Shown: one piece after another, positions 59,054 to 64,000 of the stretch | Layout of the letters: each line of letters opens with the position of its first letter | How positions within the stretch are numbered: position 1 is the stretch's first letter | Source: Actinomycetota bacterium | Lineage (GTDB): Bacteria; Actinomycetota; Acidimicrobiia; Spongiisociales; UBA4744 | Direction: 5' to 3' | Assembly: GCA_013152275.1 (NCBI GenBank) | Contig: JAADGS010000027.1 | Location: 1 to 64,000, forward strand | Length of the DNA stretch: 64,000 nt | Notes under the pieces: generated by a model | Told to the model about the DNA's origin: nothing | Database searches by the model: none | Seen by the model: only the letters and a program-made list of their open reading frames with translations | Translations under genes and position numbers: made by a program

Positions 59054-60328
59054 CTACTCCACAGGAATCACCTGTGTGCGCTCCGGACCGACCGAGATCC
59101 ATCGGACGGGAACGTCTGTGCTCTCTTCGATGAACTCGAGATAGGTTCGGGCCTCTTTCGGCAGGTCGTCGATCCGGCGCACCGCCGAGATGTCATTGTG
59201 CCAGCCGGGCAGCTCCTGGTAGACGGGAGTGCAGTTGTAGAGCACTCGCTGTTGACGGGGCAGCTCCGTGTAGCGATCTCCGAGCGAGCTGTAGGCAGTG
59301 GCAACTTTGAGCGTGTCGAACTCCGAGAGGATGTCCAGTTTCGTGATGAACAGGTCGGTGAGAGAGTTGACTCTGACCGAATACCGCAGTGCTACGAGAT
59401 CCAGCCAGCCGCATCTGCGCCGCCGCCCGGTCACGGTTCCGTACTCGCCCCCCACCCGGACCATGGTCTCGCCGACCTCATCGTCGAGTTCGGTTGGGAA
59501 GGGCCCGGTTCCGACCCTGGAGATGTATGCCTTTGCGACGCCGACGACGCGGTCGATCGCCTTCGGACCGATACCTGAGCCCGTCAGAGCGCCTCCTGCG
59601 GACGGATTCGAGGAGGTTACGAACGGGTATGTTCCATGGTCGATGTCGAGCAGTGTGCCCTGGGCACCTTCAAAGAGCACTCTCTTGCCGTCTCGCAGAG
59701 CCGACCAGATGAGTAGAGAGGTGTCCGTCACGTATGGCCGGAGACGTTCTGCATACTCGTGGTACTCCTCCGTGATCTGATGCCCGTCGAGGGGGAGCTG
59801 GTTATAGACCCGCGTCAGGATCTTGTTCTTCTCTTCAAGCGCAATGTCGAGCTTGTTGCGAAAGATCTTCTCGTCGAAGAGGTCCTGGACTCTGATTCCC
59901 TGGCGTGCGTACTTGTCGGTGTACGCGGGCCCGATGCCCTTCTTTGTCGTGCCGATCTTCTGCCGTCCGAGATAGCGCTCTTTGACGGCGTCCAATTTGC
60001 GGTGGTAAGGCATGATCACATGGGCATTCGAGGAGAGGCGGAGGCGCGAAGGGTCGACTCCCCGAGACGCGAGCATGTCGATCTCTCCGAGCAGCACACC
60101 GGGGTCTACCACGCATCCGGAGGCGATGACCGGTGTGCACATCGGGTTCATGACGCCTGAAGGAACGAGGGAGAGAGCGAAACGTTCCTCGCCCACCACG
60201 ACGGTATGACCGGCGTTGTTTCCCCCCTGGTATCGCACGACGTAGTCGGCGCCTTCCGAGAAGTAGTCGGTGACTTTTCCCTTGCCTTCATCGCCCCACT
60301 GGGCACCGAGAACGATCGTTGCAGTCAT
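59054..60328 (-). CDS. purA: Adenylosuccinate synthase
   Basis: GAQWGDEGKGK, RYQGGNNAGHT, IGTTKKGIGP, EGAQG, GEYGTVTGRRRRCGW. Confidence 0.97.
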   Translation of the reverse strand: MTATIVLGAQWGDEGKGKVTDYFSEGADYVVRYQGGNNAGHTVVVGEERFALSLVPSGVMNPMCTPVIASGCVVDPGVLLGEIDMLASRGVDPSRLRLSSNAHVIMPYHRKLDAVKERYLGRQKIGTTKKGIGPAYTDKYARQGIRVQDLFDEKIFRNKLDIALEEKNKILTRVYNQLPLDGHQITEEYHEYAERLRPYVTDTSLLIWSALRDGKRVLFEGAQGTLLDIDHGTYPFVTSSNPSAGGALTGSGIGPKAIDRVVGVAKAYISRVGTGPFPTELDDEVGETMVRVGGEYGTVTGRRRRCGWLDLVALRYSVRVNSLTDLFITKLDILSEFDTLKVATAYSSLGDRYTELPRQQRVLYNCTPVYQELPGWHNDISAVRRIDDLPKEARTYLEFIEESTDVPVRWISVGPERTQVIPVE

Positions 60329-60431
60329 GCGCAGATGGTACATCGAGATCGCTCCATGGAGCCTTTCGCCGTTCAGGAACATCCTCCGCCTGTCGATAGG
60401 ATGGTGTGGATCAGTCGAGGAGGGCTCTGCA

Positions 60432-61043
60432 ATGCCGCGAATCCGCGCCGGCAACATCGCCGAACATAAGGAACTGACGCGAATGCAGATCCTTGGGGCT
60501 GCACAGATCCTTTTCCACGATCTCGGGTACCAGGGAACGTCACTCGCCGACATCGCCGCCAAGGTGGGCATCGGGAGGACCACGCTGTACGAGTACTTCA
60601 CCGACAAGGAGGACCTGGTCGTCTCCTTGGTCGAACTGGAGCTACCGAAGCTGCTGCACCGTCTCGTCCAGTCTGTGGATACCGCGGCTCCGTATGCCGA
60701 TCAGATCGCCGAGCTGGCCAGGGGAATGGTCGAGTTCGTGGGGACCGACCCGACGCTTGGACTGATTCTTCACCGAGATATCCCGAAGCTTTCGCGCAAG
60801 GCCCAACGTCGAGTGCGCGGCGCCCACGCGGAGTTCACGGACGCGTTGGCCCGCATCTACGGAGAAGGCGTGGAGGCGGGTGAGCTCCGGGCGATTCCGG
60901 TCGACTTGGCAGGGCGATTCCTGCAGGATCTGATCATGTCTGCTGCCAAGGCGTTGATCGTTCGACCCGATCCAGCCGACCGGATGCAAGAGGTGACTGC
61001 CTCTATGGAAGAGTTTCTTCTCCATGGCTTGTCCGTTGGGTAG
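60432..61043 (+). CDS. TetR/AcrR family transcriptional regulator
   Basis: ILGAAQILF…GYQGTSLADIAAKVGIGRTTLYEYFTDKEDL. Confidence 0.92.
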   Translation: MPRIRAGNIAEHKELTRMQILGAAQILFHDLGYQGTSLADIAAKVGIGRTTLYEYFTDKEDLVVSLVELELPKLLHRLVQSVDTAAPYADQIAELARGMVEFVGTDPTLGLILHRDIPKLSRKAQRRVRGAHAEFTDALARIYGEGVEAGELRAIPVDLAGRFLQDLIMSAAKALIVRPDPADRMQEVTASMEEFLLHGLSVG

Positions 61044-61057
61044 AGGGGCGGGAGATC

Positions 61058-61945
61058 ATGGCTGCCGGTGCCATCTATCCGAAGATCCGTGTTCACGATC
61101 TGCCGGATGATCCCTCTGCGGGTGAGCTTCTGACGCACGGTTTTGCACGTTCCAGCGCACGACTCTTCAAGAACTTGTCGGAGAGCGATCCCGAATCGAT
61201 CCACCAGGCGCGCGTGGCGACGCGGCGCCTTCGATCTGATCTGCGAACGTTCGGTCCACTCTTGGAAGGGAGTGCTCGGGCCTTGCGGCGAGACTTGAAG
61301 CCTCTCGCGGCGGCGCTCGGAGAAGTCCGCGACCGTGATGTCTTCATGCATTGGGTTGCCGACAACATGGAAGTACTCGATGAGACCGACCAGCTCGTGG
61401 CCGAGGCACTGCTCGGAGCCTTCGGCCGTCGCCGGGAAGAGGGTCTCGTTCGGTTGCATGTGTACTTGGAGACCTTCGAGGGGCTTGCCGAGAGGCTGAC
61501 CGCGTGGGCGTGTTCGCCACCCCTGAAGGCCGAGGCCGACCGTCGGGGCAGGAAAGTGATGCCTCCTCTGGTTCGGAGACGCTGGAACTGTCTCAAATCC
61601 GCGGTGAGGGAGCCAGGGCCGAAGGACGGTGCCGCCCTGCATCGGATTCGTGTTCTGACGAAGCGAGTCCGTTACGGAGCAGAGCTCGTGGCACCCGCAA
61701 TCGGACGCAAGGCCGATCGATTCGCGGCCGCAGCGGCGATCGTCCAGGACGTTCTCGGGGAGCACCATGATGCCGTGGTGGGACACCGGATCCTCGTCGG
61801 CGTCGCTCGCCGACTCGCCCCCCGGTACGCCGTTGCACTTGGACAGCTCGCCGGGCTGGAACTCGTCCGACGGAGGCAGGCGGAAGCCGACTGGGAACCG
61901 GCCTTCGTCGCCCTGAACCGCAAGGAGCTGAGGAAGTGGATGTGA
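61058..61945 (+). CDS. CHAD domain (polyphosphate-binding) protein
   Basis: IHQARVATRRLRS, LGEVRDRDV, LHRIRVLTKRVRY, QDVLGEHHDA. Confidence 0.9.
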   Translation: MAAGAIYPKIRVHDLPDDPSAGELLTHGFARSSARLFKNLSESDPESIHQARVATRRLRSDLRTFGPLLEGSARALRRDLKPLAAALGEVRDRDVFMHWVADNMEVLDETDQLVAEALLGAFGRRREEGLVRLHVYLETFEGLAERLTAWACSPPLKAEADRRGRKVMPPLVRRRWNCLKSAVREPGPKDGAALHRIRVLTKRVRYGAELVAPAIGRKADRFAAAAAIVQDVLGEHHDAVVGHRILVGVARRLAPRYAVALGQLAGLELVRRRQAEADWEPAFVALNRKELRKWM

Positions 61946-62319
61946 TTCGCGCAGCCGGAGGGGTCATTCCGAGGGATCGTTCGGTTGTTCTCGTCCACCG
62001 GCCGAAATATGACGACTGGAGTTTTCCGAAGGGCAAGCTCGACGGTTCCGAGAGTTTTCACGACGCAGCGCTGCGAGAGGTCGAGGAAGAGACGGGGCTG
62101 CGGTGTCGGCTGGGTCGGTGGTTGTCCGATGTGGAGTACGTTGACGCCGATGGCCGCCAGAAGATCGTTCGGTACTGGCTCATGGAGGTGGTCGGGGGTG
62201 ACGTGGCCGATCACGAGCCCGACGCCGAGATCGACGCGGTCGAATGGGTTCCCATGGAAGAAGCCGTCGGGCGGCTGACGCACGATCTCGACAGGAAGCT
62301 TCTGGCGCTGATCAAGTAG
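61936..62319 (+). CDS. NUDIX hydrolase (MutT1/Ap4A-hydrolase-like)
   Basis: AAGGV…LVHRPKYDDWSFPKGKL…ALREVEEETG Nudix box. Confidence 0.9.
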   Translation: MDVIRAAGGVIPRDRSVVLVHRPKYDDWSFPKGKLDGSESFHDAALREVEEETGLRCRLGRWLSDVEYVDADGRQKIVRYWLMEVVGGDVADHEPDAEIDAVEWVPMEEAVGRLTHDLDRKLLALIK

Positions 62320-62322
62320 CCG

Positions 62323-62431
62323 GTTTTCAGTTCTCAGTTTTCAGCCATCGGTGGTTGACGTGGTGTGCTCTTGTCGGGAACGCTCCGACGACCGACGACC
62401 GACGACCGACGACCGACGACCGACGACCGAC
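62323..62431 (+). repeat. Heptamer-armed intergenic element, copy D
   Basis: GTTTTCA GTTCTCA GTTTTCA GCCATCG - core GTGGTTGACGTGGTGTGCTCTTGTCGGGAACGCTCC - (GACGACC)x6; between convergent NUDIX and ppk1. Confidence 0.9.
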
Positions 62432-62433
62432 TC

Positions 62434-64000
62434 CTACCCGGGCGGTCGCAGTTGGGTGATTGCTGCCTCGCTGTCGCTTCCTCGAAAGCCCCAGTTGTCC
62501 AGCATCCATTGCTGACTGTCGAAGCCGTCGCCGTCGCCGTCGGCGCGGCGGTAGCTGCCATCTGCTTGGAGAATCCGAGCCTGTGCCGTGTCCTTGAGGT
62601 GAACGGCAAGCACCGCATCTCTTACGAGAATGAGATCGGCGCCTTCGAGGGGGAACAACAGCTCGACCCGTCGGTTGAGGTTGCGGGGCATGAGGTCGGC
62701 GCTTCCGAGGAACAGCTCCTCTCCGTCACCACCGTTGTGGAAGTAGTAGATGCGCGTGTGTTCCAGGAACCGGCCAACGATGGAGCTGACGGAGATCGTG
62801 CTGCTCACACCCGGAACACCCGGGCGGAGGGCACAAATGCCTCTCACCTGGAGATCGATCTTCACACCGGCTTGCGAAGCGCGATAGAGCGCCTGGATTA
62901 TCTGTTTGTCGACAAGGGCGTTCATCTTGAATGCCAGGTATCCATCACCGTGCGTTTGATGTCGTTCGATCTCACGCTCGATCCGTTCGAGGAGTTCGGA
63001 ACGCATGGCGGTCGGTGCGACGAGGAGCTTTCGGTACTTGGACTGATGGGCATAACCGGTGAGGACATTGAAGAGTTCGGAGACATCCTCGGCGATGTCC
63101 TCGTCGATCGTGAACAGCCCGAAGTCCGAGTACACGCGCGCCGTGACCAGGTTGTAGTTCCCGGTTCCCAAATGCACATAGCGACGAAGGCCTGTCGACT
63201 CTCGGCGCACGACGATGGTCATCTTCGCGTGGGTCTTCAACCCGACGAGTCCATAGACGACATGCACCCCCGCTTTCTCGAGGGCACGTGCCCAGCCCAG
63301 GTTGTTTTCTTCGTCGAACCGAGCTTTGAGTTCCACGAGCACGCTGACTTGCCTGCCGTCCTCGCGTGCCTCGAGGAGTGCGTCGACGATCGGGGAATTG
63401 GGTCCGATGCGATACAGGGTCTGCTTGATCGCCAGCACCTTGGGATCGCGTGCCGCCTGGCGGAGGAAGTCGACGACCGGCATGAAGCTGTCGTACGGGT
63501 GATAGAGGATCACATTCTGCTGGCGGATCGCAGCGAAGATGTTGTCTGCTCCTGCAAGAGCCGGTGGGATGGACGGCTTGAACGGCTCGTCTTTCAAATC
63601 GGGTCGGTCGACCTGTGTGAGCTCCATCAGATCTGTGAGACCGAGCGGACCGTCGAAGGCGAACACCTGGTATGGGGCGAGCCCGAGGTTCTTGATCAAC
63701 ATGGCGCGCACCCATTCGGGCATCGCCTGGTCGATCTCCAATCGATCGGCAGAGCCAAAGCGCCGGAGTCCAACCCAGCGTTCGACGGCGACGGAGAGAT
63801 CTGCAGCTTCGTCTTCCTCGATCTCGACATCGGCATCGCGTGTGAGGCGGAACGGATACGCCGCGACGATCTCAACCCCTGGAAACAGCAAGTCGAGGTT
63901 GGCTGCGATTACCTCTTCGATCCAGACGAACGTGTTGCTGGAATGTACAAGGCCAAGGTTCTCGTAACTATCGGCCTTCTCTTCGCTTGGGACGCGGAGG
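62434..64000 (-). CDS. ppk1: Polyphosphate kinase 1, 5'-truncated by window edge
   Basis: FRLTRDAD, HPYDSF, AIKQTLYR, ELKARFDEENN, KTHAK, GTGNYN, KMNAL, GRFLEH, GSADLMPRNL. Confidence 0.96.
   Translation of the reverse strand, partial: LRVPSEEKADSYENLGLVHSSNTFVWIEEVIAANLDLLFPGVEIVAAYPFRLTRDADVEIEEDEAADLSVAVERWVGLRRFGSADRLEIDQAMPEWVRAMLIKNLGLAPYQVFAFDGPLGLTDLMELTQVDRPDLKDEPFKPSIPPALAGADNIFAAIRQQNVILYHPYDSFMPVVDFLRQAARDPKVLAIKQTLYRIGPNSPIVDALLEAREDGRQVSVLVELKARFDEENNLGWARALEKAGVHVVYGLVGLKTHAKMTIVVRRESTGLRRYVHLGTGNYNLVTARVYSDFGLFTIDEDIAEDVSELFNVLTGYAHQSKYRKLLVAPTAMRSELLERIEREIERHQTHGDGYLAFKMNALVDKQIIQALYRASQAGVKIDLQVRGICALRPGVPGVSSTISVSSIVGRFLEHTRIYYFHNGGDGEELFLGSADLMPRNLNRRVELLFPLEGADLILVRDAVLAVHLKDTAQARILQADGSYRRADGDGDGFDSQQWMLDNWGFRGSDSEAAITQLRPPG

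Overview
A GC-rich, gene-dense chromosomal window that looks actinobacterial, most likely Acidimicrobiia. This is inferred from the PadR-ino1 pair, the bS22/AURKAIP1-type peptide, the short nfo, Thr-rich lipoproteins and widespread leaderless starts. Most of it is core or housekeeping: pepP, uppS, pyrE, nfo, ino1, panB, rpsF-ssb-rpsR-rplI-dnaB, a FadN/FadA-type beta-oxidation pair, surE, dcd, tRNA-Gly(CCC), thrB, csoR-copZ-copA, zur-znuC with divergent znuAB, a peptide/nickel-type ABC operon, purB, purA, CHAD-NUDIX and ppk1. I found no transposase, integrase, prophage, cas gene or true CRISPR array. The most unusual signals are non-coding or sub-genic. (1) Four copies of an intergenic element with a conserved 34-37 nt core (…TGTYGGGAACG…) between complementary 7-bp tandem-repeat arms. 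(2) Two loci with hairpins exposing CCUCC/CCCCUCC (anti-Shine-Dalgarno-like) loops: a candidate sRNA divergent from a LysR gene, and the 3' trailer of a 64-aa Cys/His basic protein. (3) An ABC permease with a family-3 solute-binding-protein lobe apparently inserted in its extracellular loop. (4) An orphan five-heme cytochrome c. All calls come from reading motifs by eye; no database search was run.
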